A DNA stretch of 64,000 nucleotides from an uncultured Nitrososphaerota archaeon (GTDB taxonomy: Archaea; Thermoproteota; Nitrososphaeria; Nitrososphaerales; CADDZS01), in contig CAWCYI010000004.1 of NCBI GenBank assembly GCA_963799845.1, positions 736,001 to 800,000 on the forward strand, written 5' to 3'. Position numbers and translations under genes: made by a program. The stretch's first letter is position 1; each line of letters begins with the position of its first letter. This document shows, one piece after another, positions 30,993-41,465 of this stretch. The notes below the pieces were generated by a model. It was not told the origin of the DNA, did no database searches, and was given only the letters and a program-made list of their open reading frames with translations.

Positions 30993-31426
30993 TTCTACTG
31001 CGAATTTGTCTGCTTCTTCATAATCTGATTCCGGTGAATTTATCTTTATTCAGCAAATGGATTCATTCATCGAACGTTAATTTATGGTTAGATTCGCTGT
31101 TGGTGCCGTGTTCTTTGACCTGAAACGATTCTGCATAGGTGGACTATCTTTGTTTCATGGACTCTTCAGGCAAGTCGTCGCGTGATCTCCACGCGCACCA
31201 TGCGACAGTCTGACATAATCGGTTCATGTGTGACCCCGATATTTTACTCGATCTATCGATTACAAGATTCGATAATCATGGTAGCGCCATAACGATTAGG
31301 CGAGGCGTAAGGGCGAATACGAGAGTTATCGCCCAACGACTTGATCCGGTGTTGTTTCCCTCGGTCGTGCCTCAAATGCTACGATAAAATTCTGAATATT
31401 TTACTTGATCGGTCGCTTACCAATTT

Positions 31427-32463
31427 TCTCTTTTCCGACAATTATTTCGCAAGCTGGTAAACAGGAGTAGACTGGGAGAGTTTTGGAAGAGCGTAACAAA
31501 GCGTTACGAGAAACATGTGCCCGCGAAGCTTGATAGCGACAAGATCAGTTACCTCTTCAGAGCTAGAGAAAGGGGCGAGACCTGCGCAAACATTGCTCTC
31601 CAGCTCGGGGTGTCAAAGAGGAGGGTTGAGCAGATACTTGCCCAGCATAGGAAAGGTGGGGGTGTGCCTCTCCTCCTCAAGAAACCAGGAAGGAAAAGCA
31701 TTCCAATTACCGACGAGGAAACTTCGCTCGTCATTGATGCTTATCAGAGATATAGGGCAAACGCCCTCTACCTTGAACGAAAGATCGAGTGCGATAGCAA
31801 GATTCACATCAACCACAACAGGATACACAGGGTGCTCCTGATGAACTCCTTTGCGTCAAACTCTAGGAAGAAGTGGATAAGGAGGAAGTGGGTCAGATAC
31901 GAGAGGGAACACTCGAATTCATTATGGCATACGGACTGGCACGAGGTAAAGGATCCGAGGTGGAAGGGCAAGTGGCTCACCTGCTATGAGGATGATGCTT
32001 CTCGTCTCATTACCGGATTTGGGGTCCATGAAACGCTGACCTCGGAGTACTCTGTTTCCTGTCTTGAGAGCGCCATGAAGGAACACGGCAAACCTGCATC
32101 GATCCTATCCGACCACGGAACCACGTTTTACACGATGGAATCTGAGAGGAGGGAGAAGGGGATGACAGAATTCGAGAGGTGTCTCTTGAAGCACAAGATA
32201 AGATTCATCCTCGGAAGAGTCAACCACCCCCAGACGAACGGCAAGATCGAGAAGTTCTTCGACATATTCGAGAGTAAGATCAAGTGGTTCTCCTCGATAG
32301 ATGAGTTCATGAAGTGGTACAATGAAGTGAGGCCTCATGGAGCCCTTGACCTCAAGACGCCAACCCAGGCTTACTACGAGAAGATGCCGCAGTTAGATGC
32401 TCTTGAATATCCTTTGTCTATGGAGGTCTCCTGACAGATGCGAAATGATTTCTGGAAAAAACA
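31427..32463 (+). mobile_element. IS481-family insertion sequence with 15-bp target duplication
   Basis: Imperfect IR TCTCTTTTCCGACAATTATTTCGCA / TGCGAAATGATTTCTGGAAAAAACA; flanking direct repeat GTCGCTTACCAATTT at 31412-31426 and 32464-32478. Confidence 0.88.
31517..32434 (+). CDS. IS481-family integrase-like DDE transposase
   Basis: N-terminal HTH, LWHTDWH, EDDASR, ILSDHG, HPQTNGKIEKF, WYNEVRPH. Confidence 0.92.
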   Translation: MPAKLDSDKISYLFRARERGETCANIALQLGVSKRRVEQILAQHRKGGGVPLLLKKPGRKSIPITDEETSLVIDAYQRYRANALYLERKIECDSKIHINHNRIHRVLLMNSFASNSRKKWIRRKWVRYEREHSNSLWHTDWHEVKDPRWKGKWLTCYEDDASRLITGFGVHETLTSEYSVSCLESAMKEHGKPASILSDHGTTFYTMESERREKGMTEFERCLLKHKIRFILGRVNHPQTNGKIEKFFDIFESKIKWFSSIDEFMKWYNEVRPHGALDLKTPTQAYYEKMPQLDALEYPLSMEVS

Positions 32464-32754
32464 GTCGCTTACCAATTTATCGTTTGACGAAATACGACTC
32501 TAAACTCAATTATTCGAACCGGAAGTTGCTGTCACCATAAGATTGTGAAATTGTCGTTGTCAAATACGTGACGGTGAAGGCATCAATAGCCTTTTTCCCA
32601 TGTATCCTAAACTGACGTAACCTTGCGATTTCAAAGAAGAAATGTCGATTCGCCTTTTTTTTGAAAGCTTTGAAAGATTTCTGCTTTTTTCTCTAATCAT
32701 TGGACGTCTATGCGTAGCAAATAGGACACTCTACAGCTCCGGTGTCGGGTCGAG

Positions 32755-33339
32755 TTGAAGAAGAATATTAGTCGAAGCGTGAAATCGGTGTGCTATTACT
32801 ATTACATGGTTGAAACTTGTATGTCATGGAAAACTATTTTTCTAGCAGTTCCCAAATTACCCCCTGCTGACGCTACGATGTATTCTGATCTCTCGGACTT
32901 GGATAGGAAGATGTTAAGATTGCTCCTTGATTCCGAGGGGAGCATGCCGACGCATGAAATATCTTTGAAACTCGATATGCCGATAAGCACAGTCCAGAGA
33001 AGAAGGAAGAGATTGGAGGAAGAATATCTCATCAAGCATTATTCGTTAGATCCTATGAAATTTGGGTATAGACGGATCGACCTTCTCATCTACACTGAAG
33101 GCGGCGAGACTATGAACGTCGGTAAGGAGCTGTTGAAGCATGAAGAGGTAACCTACGCTGCAAGAACCATCGGAGAACACACGATTGACTTGCGCGTCGA
33201 AGTATTCGTAAAGGACAACAGTATTTTGCTCAATCTCCTTGAAAATGTAAAAGCTATGAAAGGAGTTAGAGACGTAATCTGGACCGAAGTGATTGAGACC
33301 ATCGGACGGAAGAATCCCCCGAATCACATCGTTCTGTAG
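32755..33339 (+). CDS. Lrp/AsnC-family regulator
   Basis: LDRKMLRLLL..ISTVQRRRKRLE, RTIGEHTIDL; true start probably ATG 32878. Confidence 0.85.
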   Translation: MKKNISRSVKSVCYYYYMVETCMSWKTIFLAVPKLPPADATMYSDLSDLDRKMLRLLLDSEGSMPTHEISLKLDMPISTVQRRRKRLEEEYLIKHYSLDPMKFGYRRIDLLIYTEGGETMNVGKELLKHEEVTYAARTIGEHTIDLRVEVFVKDNSILLNLLENVKAMKGVRDVIWTEVIETIGRKNPPNHIVL

Positions 33340-33459
33340 CTAGTTTACTTTCAAAATTCGGCGTTAGACTCTTTCACACGAAAACGTCTTCAAGTTCTCC
33401 TAACAAAAAAACAGAATCCCAAATATTTATCTTGGGCATTTTTTTGATTTTGCACCAAA

Positions 33460-33918
33460 ATGGTTTCTCAGCTTTCAAAAGCTGATATGAAGATGCTGCG
33501 GCTTCTTCTAGACTCTGAGGAAAGAGTGTCCTCCGATGAATTATCCCGGCAGCTCAAAGTCTCGTTAGGTTCAATCCAAGAACGACGAAAGAAATTGGAG
33601 GAAACCTGTCTTATCAAAGATTATTCGTTAGATCCAACGAAATTTGGGCGGCGACGAATTGACCTTCTCATCTATACTGAAGGTAGAGATACAATGATCG
33701 TAGGGAAAGCGATGCTGAAACGCAAAGAGGTTACGTCTGTTACCAGAATGATCGGAGAACACACAATCGACCTACGCGAAGTATTTGTCAGAGATAATAG
33801 CAAATTACTCAATCTCATCGAGGAGATAAAAACTCTGAAAGGAGTGAGAGACGTGGTCTGGACTGAAGATGTGGAGACCCTTGGACGGAAGAATCTGACG
33901 AATTACATTGTAATTTAG
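33460..33918 (+). CDS. Lrp/AsnC-family regulator, tandem paralogue of the preceding gene
   Basis: Shares YSLDPxKFG, RIDLLIYTEG, IGEHTIDLR, KGVRDVxWTE with 32755-33339. Confidence 0.85.
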   Translation: MVSQLSKADMKMLRLLLDSEERVSSDELSRQLKVSLGSIQERRKKLEETCLIKDYSLDPTKFGRRRIDLLIYTEGRDTMIVGKAMLKRKEVTSVTRMIGEHTIDLREVFVRDNSKLLNLIEEIKTLKGVRDVVWTEDVETLGRKNLTNYIVI

Positions 33919-34137
33919 TTTAGTTGAAAAAAGTTCCCCGATTCATATCGGAACGAAAAATGATTTTACTTGCAATGATCCAGGTCTCGGGATTTTCGCA
34001 TTTTTTTCAATTTCTTTTTATTGTAAAATCGGCAGCGTAAATCCCCGTTCTGTTCACGAACCGGTTGTCTCTGGAATACAATTTGTCTGAATAGTCACCA
34101 CTAGAAATCAGACCACGCCAGCAGGACCAGTCGGCTG

Positions 34138-34458
34138 CTAAGCTATTTGCTGCGATTTATTGTAAGCAGAAAGTATTGAGATTATCTCTTCTTTGGTGAT
34201 TTTTAGAGTGATCAGATCACCGACTCCTTGAACGTGGGTAATTGAGATGGGAAGATTGTTCCGCGAAAGCATGGCACTCTCCATCCCAAGCTCTGTCTCT
34301 ATGTTTGCTTTGAGCTCGATGTATAGATGTGTGACCTGCCAGGTGTTTGGATCTAGAAGTATTTCCTTTGATTTGACTATTTTCCAGCCGTTTAACCCGA
34401 TTACATCTTTGTCCAATAATTCTTTTCCGAACATTTTCCCATCGGAATACATGTACAT
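34138..34458 (-). CDS. PRC-barrel domain protein, paralogue of 22337-22657
   Basis: LDKDVIGLNGWKI, VQGVGDLITLKITKEEI. Confidence 0.8.
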   Translation of the reverse strand: MYMYSDGKMFGKELLDKDVIGLNGWKIVKSKEILLDPNTWQVTHLYIELKANIETELGMESAMLSRNNLPISITHVQGVGDLITLKITKEEIISILSAYNKSQQIA

Positions 34459-34721
34459 TCTTGCTTAAGAAGTTAAAGTTGTAATCGTTTCGCCTTTTCA
34501 GGAGATTTTTCCATTAAACTAATAAGAAAGAGTCGTTCCGAGAATTGGTGTTATCGTGTCGAACTACGGGATAGGAAGCATTAGAGAATTCCAACATTGA
34601 GTCGAGAAACGAAGAAGCTCTCGAGCAAGGGAAGATAGAGAAACAGAAGGAAACTAGGATAATAGAAAAGACCAACGAGCGTCTGAAGCAGCTCGTCCGA
34701 AACGACGACCTATACGAGGCT

Positions 34722-35081
34722 ATGGAGAATTTCCTTCTAGGCGATCCCGAGAACCAGATTCCCCAACTAGGAGTGCCGGCCGATATCATTGCAAAATGGA
34801 GCCAGCAACCAAACAAGGGGGTGAACCTAATGACACGCGCGGAGTATGAGACCGCTGCGAAAGTTGCCATTTACGAGCAGGATCCTAACCTGGTCAGGAA
34901 TAGTCTGGAACTTGCATCAAGCGTAACAAACCCCAATGACAGGCACGCTCGAATGCAGAAAACGATTCTGGACAATCTGAATGACGTAATTCGGATTGCA
35001 AGCGATTACTACAAGACAAAACAAAAGGTTACTTCAGAAGAAGAAGCCGTCATCGCTTCCGCTGCCTCAGATAAGAAATAG
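34722..35081 (+). CDS. Hypothetical helical protein
   Basis: 119-aa ORF; frame stays open about 45 codons upstream without a canonical start. Confidence 0.55.
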   Translation: MENFLLGDPENQIPQLGVPADIIAKWSQQPNKGVNLMTRAEYETAAKVAIYEQDPNLVRNSLELASSVTNPNDRHARMQKTILDNLNDVIRIASDYYKTKQKVTSEEEAVIASAASDKK

Positions 35082-35228
35082 CATTTTGAATTTGATCAGA
35101 TCATGTATTATTGACTTTGGTCATCAAATAGTGAAATCTGACTAGTCTAAGTCAATTTTCAGGCATTACTTGAATGGCTTATTTTCATAGTAGCTCATTG
35201 CCCACTAGAATCAATAGTGCATATCGAA

Positions 35229-35393
35229 TTGTCAAAGGACATCATTGAAGGAGAGAAGGACAAGATCAAAGGAAAATTCCGAGAAGCGGAGGGCAGAATA
35301 ACCGGCAGTCCAACTGAAGTAGTGGAAGGAAAATTGGAGCAAGAAAAAGGGAACGTGAAGAAGAAAATAGGGAAATTGAAATACGATCTATAG
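35229..35393 (+). CDS. CsbD-family general stress microprotein (54 aa)
   Basis: Manual translation MSKDIIEGEKDKIKGKFREAEGRITGSPTEVVEGKLEQEKGNVKKKIGKLKYDL. Confidence 0.8.
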   Translation: MSKDIIEGEKDKIKGKFREAEGRITGSPTEVVEGKLEQEKGNVKKKIGKLKYDL

Positions 35394-35404
35394 ACCGATT
35401 CTAA

Positions 35405-35498
35405 GTCATCGTGTCCACTTCGCTCGCAGAAATTGTAGGATACCACAAGGCACACTGGATGAAACACATCCCTGCCTTATACACCATGGGGTTGCTGT
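35405..35498 (-). pseudogene. Truncated copy of the B-box-like gene with its promoter
   Basis: Reverse complement aligns with 24307-24399; encodes VSYNFCERSGHDD, then similarity stops. Confidence 0.65.
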
Positions 35499-35535
35499 TT
35501 CGAATTATACCATCTGATTAGCTGATGGAATAGAT

Positions 35536-35796
35536 CTAGGTTGATTTAGCGTGATCTGGCGACGGATTCGTCGACCGTTTCACACCTAATCCAAACCAAA
35601 AAGCTAGGCCCCAGACAGAAGCTCCAGCAAAGATTCCAACAAAATCGGCAACGGTGCTTGAGAGCAAAACACCTCCCAGAAAATGAAAGAGCGAAGTAAC
35701 AAAGACTCCCGATAATGTGAGCAAACAGAAACCGATGATAGCCGTCCGCCTATTCGGAGGTAATTTCTTCATGAATCCTCTCAGTTCTAATGTCAA
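35536..35796 (-). CDS. Two-TM hypothetical membrane protein
   Basis: Two hydrophobic segments. Confidence 0.5.
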   Translation of the reverse strand: MTLELRGFMKKLPPNRRTAIIGFCLLTLSGVFVTSLFHFLGGVLLSSTVADFVGIFAGASVWGLAFWFGLGVKRSTNPSPDHAKST

Positions 35797-36401
35797 AGCA
35801 ATTATGTTCTATACGAAGATATGTCGTTAGACCTCATATGAACGACTTTTGGTTTAGGCCCTGCTTACAAAAGGAAGAGGACGAGGGCATTACGCACGGT
35901 TAGTCATTGCGAGATCTAACCTGGAGAAAAAAGAATACTAGCATGCTGAACTTATGCTAGTTGCCGCGATCGTTTGATTCTCCCACTTTGGTATCCTCCC
36001 CTTCAATTTCCTCTACGTCTTTTTCGATTGAATCAATGTCTTCCCTTGTGGTAAGTACCAGCTCTGAAAGCTCAGAAGAGCTCGTTTCATGCCCTGTTTA
36101 CTGCGAATTGTAACAAGAGAAGGTGGAAGACGCAACGACTAATTGCTTTCCTACCATGAAGGGGGCAAATAATGCAAGGAAAATAAATGAAAAGACTAAT
36201 TCTCGAGAAATTGCCAACTCTTCTGCCGAGAAACCCGCTGACTGACCCATGAACGTTCTTGAGCAAAATTCTCGATTATCGGAGTAATTTGGGGTGAAAA
36301 TCCTTTTGAATCCAGAAAACTGGATTATTGGGAAATTATCAGATCCTTTCGATGCGATTTCCAAATTAATGAATCAGCATCAAATCGAAAAGTGAAATTG
36401 A

Positions 36402-37289
36402 ATGGCCTCCAATTCTATTCTCGATTCCGCTGGTAATACTCCGCTCATTAAACTTGCGGGGACCGCGGGGACACTTTTTGCAAAGGCAGAATTTCTCAAT
36501 CCGACCGGTTCCGTAAAAGACAGGGCCGCTGCAAGGATGATCAAGGTGGCGTTCGGAGAAGGCAGTTTGTCCAAAGGAAAAGAAATCCTGGATTCCAGTT
36601 CCGGCAACACAGGAATATCACTGGCAGCGTTTGGGGCATCGCTCGGAATCAAAGTGTCGATAGTCCTCCCGGAAAGCGCGAACATCGAGAGGCAGAAATT
36701 GCTGAGACTCTACGGTTGCAACATTATTTTTTCAGATCTGATGGAAGGCTCCGACGGAGCAATCGAGGTTGCAAGAGATCTTTTCTCGAAACAACCCGGG
36801 AAATATTACTACACTGACCAATACAGCAACGACGCAAACTGGCAGGCGCACTACTTCGGAACCGCGGAGGAGATCTGGAAGCAGACTTCTGGGAAGGTAA
36901 CGCACTTTATCTCCGGCGTTGGAACCGGTGGAACCGTCATGGGAACCGGAAAAAGGCTGAAGGAGCTAAACCGGGAAATCAAGGTCATAGCGATAGAGCC
37001 GGATGAGCCTTTTCACGGAATCGAGGGGTTGAAACACATTCAGTCGTCAATCAAGCCAAAGATCTTCAGTGAAAAATTCCCGGACGAGACGATCTTCGTA
37101 AAGACAGAATATGCGCAAAGAGAGGTCCTGAGACTCGCGAAGGAGGAAGGGATATTCGTGGGAACTTCGTCCGGGGCGGTCTCCTTTGCTGCAAGAAGAT
37201 ACGCATCGGCGGACAGCCTGATCGTCGCTATATTCGCGGATCAGGGCAGCAGGTATCTTTCAGAAAAGTACCTAGGTAATTCGAGATGA
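36402..37289 (+). CDS. cysM: Cysteine synthase (CysM/CysK family, sulfur-carrier type)
   Basis: GNTPL, NPTGSVKDR, SSSGNTG, GVGTGGT, HGIEGLK. Confidence 0.88.
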   Translation: MASNSILDSAGNTPLIKLAGTAGTLFAKAEFLNPTGSVKDRAAARMIKVAFGEGSLSKGKEILDSSSGNTGISLAAFGASLGIKVSIVLPESANIERQKLLRLYGCNIIFSDLMEGSDGAIEVARDLFSKQPGKYYYTDQYSNDANWQAHYFGTAEEIWKQTSGKVTHFISGVGTGGTVMGTGKRLKELNREIKVIAIEPDEPFHGIEGLKHIQSSIKPKIFSEKFPDETIFVKTEYAQREVLRLAKEEGIFVGTSSGAVSFAARRYASADSLIVAIFADQGSRYLSEKYLGNSR

Positions 37290-37774
37290 ATGCCGATTCA
37301 GCGCGTTCCGGTACGGACTTTAATCCTGCCGGGACAAGCGTGATTCTTCCAGATGCGGTTATTGCGGACATGCAGGCTCATGCATCCTCGACATATCCGG
37401 AGGAATGCTGCGGTTTGCTTCTAGGAAACTTCAAGGAACAGTCAACGAAAAAGCGAGTAATTGAGTCGAAGAGGATGGGTAACGTTTTTGTGAAAGAAGA
37501 GAGATATCATCGCTATACGATTGATCCCAAAGAATTCATGGGGGTCGAGAGCGAAGCAGAGTCGCGAGGTCTGGACGTGGTCGGAATCTACCACTCGCAT
37601 CCGAACGCGCCAGCAAAACCCTCGCAGTATGATATGGATCTTGCTTGGCCCACGCTCTCCTACATCGTAATCGAAGTCAGGAATTCAAAGCCCGTCGAAA
37701 CAAGAAGCTGGCTGTTAAAGGACGACAGATCCAAATTCGTTTTGGAAGAAATGAGGATAGAGAAAAAATGGTAA
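37286..37774 (+). CDS. JAB/MPN+ (M67) metallopeptidase, Mec+-like
   Basis: YPEECCGLL, YHSHP..PSQYD JAMM motif. Confidence 0.92.
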   Translation: MNADSARSGTDFNPAGTSVILPDAVIADMQAHASSTYPEECCGLLLGNFKEQSTKKRVIESKRMGNVFVKEERYHRYTIDPKEFMGVESEAESRGLDVVGIYHSHPNAPAKPSQYDMDLAWPTLSYIVIEVRNSKPVETRSWLLKDDRSKFVLEEMRIEKKW

Positions 37775-39222
37775 GAGTTCTAATTCCTACAGCATTGAGG
37801 CAGTACACCGAAGGCTCGAAATCCCAGGTCAACGTTAGCGCAGACACCGTTTCCCAGGCCCTTGCGAAGCTTCTCGATGAAAACAAGAAACTAGCATCGC
37901 ACGTCGTCGACGAACAGGGAAACCTGAGAAATTTTGTCAACATCTTCCTGAACAACGAGAATGTCCGCGACCTCGATGGGCAAGACATCAAAGTCAGGGA
38001 ATCCGACACGATTAGAATAGTTCCCGCGATCGCGGGGGGATCTCATCTTCAGGACAAAAATCGGTTCATTCCTGACATCGACGAGCGGAAGATCACGATT
38101 ACTCCGAAAGAGTACCGCAGGTACGGGAGGCACCTGATAATTCCCGAGGTGGGCATGGAGGGTCAGAGAAGGTTGAAGGCTGCGAAGGTCCTAGTTATTG
38201 GAACCGGCGGTTTGGGTTCTCCCAGTTCCCTTTACCTGTCAGCTGCCGGCGTCGGGACAATCGGCCTCATCGACTTTGACGTCATCGATGAAACAAACCT
38301 CCACAGGCAGATACTCTACACAGAAAAGGACGTGGGAAGATCCAAAGTCCAGACCGCCAAGGAAAGACTGCAGCTCGCAAACCCCAACACGATAATCAAG
38401 ACATACGAAGAGCCGCTGAGTTCGGAAAATGCTCTAGAAATTTTCAAGGGCTACGACGTCATCGTTGACGGCACGGACAACTTTCCCACGAGGTACCTGA
38501 CAAACGACGCATGTGTTATTTTGGGCAAGCCGAACGTCTATGCGAGCATCTTTCGCTTCGAGGGCCAGGCAACAGTGTTTGATCCGAAAAACGGAGGCCC
38601 CTGCTACAGATGTCTGTACGCAAGGCCGCCCCCTCCAGGATTGGTTCCGTCGTGTGCCGAAGGCGGAGTCCTTGGTCTATTGCCGGGTCTCATCGGTCTG
38701 ATCCAGGCAACCGAGACAGTGAAACTAATCCTGGGTAGGGGAGAGCCACTCCTGGGTAGATTACTGGTTTACGACGCTCTGTCGATGACGTTTGATGAGC
38801 TCAAGATCAAAAAGAATCCAAAGTGCCCAGTCTGCTCGGCAGATCCGGAAATCACCAGCCTGATTGATTACGAGGCGTTCTGCGGCATCCAGAAAGAGCC
38901 GGACATCGCCTCAGTGCTACCGAAGCAGTTGAGCGAGGAAATCAAGAATGGGAAGAAGGTCATGCTGCTCGACGTTCGAGAACCTCACGAATGGGACATC
39001 GTCCACATCGAGGGCTCCAAGCTTATTCCGCTGGGAGATCTCGCCGAAAGGGTAAATGAGCTCGACTCCGCAGACGATATCGTCGCGTACTGTCACATTG
39101 GCGGAAGGAGCGCCAGAGCCACCGATTTCCTCAGGAGCCTCGGTTACAAGAAAGTGCGAAACCTCGAGGGCGGCATCGAAGCGTGGGCAGTGGAAGTAGA
39201 TCCATCTTTGCCACGGTACTAG
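37768..39222 (+). CDS. moeZ: Fusion of MoaD/CysO-like ubiquitin-like carrier, MoeB/MoeZ E1 enzyme and rhodanese
   Basis: MVRVLIPTALR..FVNIFLN..IVPAIAGG, then RYGRHL, GTGGLG, NLHRQ, CYRC, CAEGG, CPVC, then DVREP, YCHIGGRS, LEGGIEAW. Confidence 0.9.
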   Translation: MVRVLIPTALRQYTEGSKSQVNVSADTVSQALAKLLDENKKLASHVVDEQGNLRNFVNIFLNNENVRDLDGQDIKVRESDTIRIVPAIAGGSHLQDKNRFIPDIDERKITITPKEYRRYGRHLIIPEVGMEGQRRLKAAKVLVIGTGGLGSPSSLYLSAAGVGTIGLIDFDVIDETNLHRQILYTEKDVGRSKVQTAKERLQLANPNTIIKTYEEPLSSENALEIFKGYDVIVDGTDNFPTRYLTNDACVILGKPNVYASIFRFEGQATVFDPKNGGPCYRCLYARPPPPGLVPSCAEGGVLGLLPGLIGLIQATETVKLILGRGEPLLGRLLVYDALSMTFDELKIKKNPKCPVCSADPEITSLIDYEAFCGIQKEPDIASVLPKQLSEEIKNGKKVMLLDVREPHEWDIVHIEGSKLIPLGDLAERVNELDSADDIVAYCHIGGRSARATDFLRSLGYKKVRNLEGGIEAWAVEVDPSLPRY

Positions 39223-39569
39223 TAAACTCTCGAGCCCAGAGGCGCGTCATCCTCCGTCGCAAGCAGTATGATCCCGCCGTCAGCGTCTGCGACTCCGAGT
39301 ACAAGAACCTGCGAAACAAAATTGGCGATCTTTTTGGGCGCAAAATTTACGACGGCAATGATCTTGCGTCCAACGAGATCTTCTTTTGTATATCGCCGGG
39401 TAAGTTGAGCACTAGAATTTTTCAGGCCGATTTCTGATCCGAAATCAATCTTCAACCGGTACGCCGGTTTTCTTGCTTCGGGGAAATCTCTGGCTTCGAC
39501 AATTCTTCCAACGCGCATGTCAACCCTTTCAAATTCTCCGTAAGCGATGCTCGGTTGAACCAAGATCAA
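39219..39569 (-). CDS. csaA: tRNA-binding OB-fold protein CsaA
   Basis: DMRVGRI, EARKPAY, SSAQLT, VVNFAPKKIA. Confidence 0.88.
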   Translation of the reverse strand: MILVQPSIAYGEFERVDMRVGRIVEARDFPEARKPAYRLKIDFGSEIGLKNSSAQLTRRYTKEDLVGRKIIAVVNFAPKKIANFVSQVLVLGVADADGGIILLATEDDAPLGSRVY

Positions 39570-39613
39570 ACGAACAAGTCGGAATTTCAGCGGTATAAAC
39601 TATTTTTCGTCGG

Positions 39614-40039
39614 TCAGCGCAGTTTGCTCTGCCAGTCGGCCATGTCCTGATCGTTTGCTAGCTCCTCAAGAGCGCTGTGGACCTTCACCTTCAATCGCTC
39701 GTTCAGGTAGACCGCGTACATCTTGTGGAACCCAATTGCAAACATGACGGCCGAGCTTACGAGCAGCGTAACGGATGTCACGTCGAAGAAATTCGCGAAC
39801 TGCTCGTTTTGAAGACTGATAATTGATTGAACAAGGTTCATCGCCTGCGAGAGGGCAAGAATGACGATCCCTCCCACTATGGATTCAGGTCCGTCCTGCG
39901 TCATCATGATCATGACCTTCATCTTGCGTGCGAGCCGGGTAAGTCGGAATCCGTAATAACCGGCGATGGCAAACGAAGCAAGAGCAAGAACGTATAGAAC
40001 CGATGTTAGCGGAACTAAAATCATTGCCTCAGAATTCAC
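39614..40039 (-). CDS. Multi-TM hypothetical membrane protein
   Basis: Three or more hydrophobic helices and a charged C-terminal tail. Confidence 0.65.
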   Translation of the reverse strand: MNSEAMILVPLTSVLYVLALASFAIAGYYGFRLTRLARKMKVMIMMTQDGPESIVGGIVILALSQAMNLVQSIISLQNEQFANFFDVTSVTLLVSSAVMFAIGFHKMYAVYLNERLKVKVHSALEELANDQDMADWQSKLR

Positions 40040-40375
40040 ACTTTGAGAGACGAAAAGTTGCTTCTGGACTTAAAGGACTTATGAACTCTGGCTTCTAGAC
40101 TTTCGAGTGTACTAATTCGTATGATGAAACTACTTTGCCGTTTTCCATATTTCTTCGCTAAGTATTTTGCTGAATAATCAGCTCCTCCACATTAGGGGCA
40201 AATATTTTCATGACGTGTTTTGCTTCCGTCATGTACTTGTTGGTACAAAATTTCGTCGGGATTATTTCAGACGGCTCCACCCATTTGTCGGGGCGAACTC
40301 TCGGAAATGTTCTAGGTAATATCCGGTGCAGGTATATATCTGCCTTAGAATCGGGATGATTATTTGCGGCATTAG

Positions 40376-40666
40376 TTGTTCGTGATTATAGGGAACGATC
40401 TGGTTCTTTATTGGGTGTCGATCTTGAGCTTGATCGCGCTCATCTGCATGGGAATCGACAAGTCATCCTCGAAACTACGCAAAAAACGGATCAGTGAAGC
40501 AACTTTCTGGTTGCTTTCTCTTCTAGGAGGATTTCCGGGGGTTATTTTAGGTGGAATTCTTTTTCACCACAAGACATCGAAGCCAAGTTTCTGGCTACCC
40601 GTAGCGGTCTCAGCTTTTCTGTGGCTTTCTCTACTATTCTCAGTTTCGGGAATTATTCAGCTGTGA
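40376..40666 (+). CDS. DUF1294-family membrane protein
   Basis: MGIDK..RISEATF..LLGGFPG..HHKTSK. Confidence 0.85.
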   Translation: MFVIIGNDLVLYWVSILSLIALICMGIDKSSSKLRKKRISEATFWLLSLLGGFPGVILGGILFHHKTSKPSFWLPVAVSAFLWLSLLFSVSGIIQL

Positions 40667-40864
40667 AATAGAAGATCCGTGCCGTCCCCGTTTTCTCGTA
40701 CAGACGAATATTTCCTCGGTCTTTAATGAACAGGTATAACACACGATCGCTGGTGTGGCATTCCGAGTTTGGTCTCCCCTCACTATGAACACGCTGTCGT
40801 ATTCGCGGACTGGAGAGCCGCAACCTGCGCAAGTTTTCTTGCCGATTGAAATCAAATCTTGCAC
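40640..40864 (-). CDS. Small CxxC/CxxC Zn-finger protein
   Basis: CAGC...CYTC. Confidence 0.4.
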   Translation of the reverse strand: MQDLISIGKKTCAGCGSPVREYDSVFIVRGDQTRNATPAIVCYTCSLKTEEIFVCTRKRGRHGSSISQLNNSRN

Positions 40865-41033
40865 GGTGATAATCGAAATAATGGAATATTAATCCAATGA
40901 GAATCAATCTTATGCTACGGCGGTACTAAACCCACATTCACGTCTACTGCTCTAATTCATGAACGTGTGTTCAGTACCATTGCTTCACAAATTGCTTAAG
41001 CGCTAACGACTTCAGCAATACGGAATTCACTAC

Positions 41034-41465
41034 TTGGGCGTCAATAGCGACGATTCTCTGAGTCATGGAACAGTCCTGGTCCCGAGAGTGGATGTCAATT
41101 CAGGCCTTATTAGAAAGAACTCGCTATTCGGTCGCATTTCCTCTTATGAGTTTTCTTTACTCGCACTTTTTTCTTGCACGGTAGTCTTGAGCGTCACTGA
41201 TCTCCTTACCACGACGATGGCGTTGCGCGATGGACTGCGCGAAGGAAACGTCGTGCTCCTAGGCGTAGCATCGACAATGAGATTAAGTTTCTTTCAAACG
41301 ATTGCCACTACAAAACTCGGATTCATCGCTGGAACTGGAGCGCTGTCATTTCTCGGAATCAAATCCAATTTGCAAACCACGAGGAATATCGTGTTTGGAT
41401 CTATGGTTGCATTCGTAGTCTTGCTTCTTGTGGTCTCTCTGAATAATTTGATTTTGATTGCATGA
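41034..41465 (+). CDS. DUF5658-like membrane protein
   Basis: TDLLTT..G.REGN..K..VSLNN pattern with TM helices. Confidence 0.65.
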   Translation: MGVNSDDSLSHGTVLVPRVDVNSGLIRKNSLFGRISSYEFSLLALFSCTVVLSVTDLLTTTMALRDGLREGNVVLLGVASTMRLSFFQTIATTKLGFIAGTGALSFLGIKSNLQTTRNIVFGSMVAFVVLLLVVSLNNLILIA

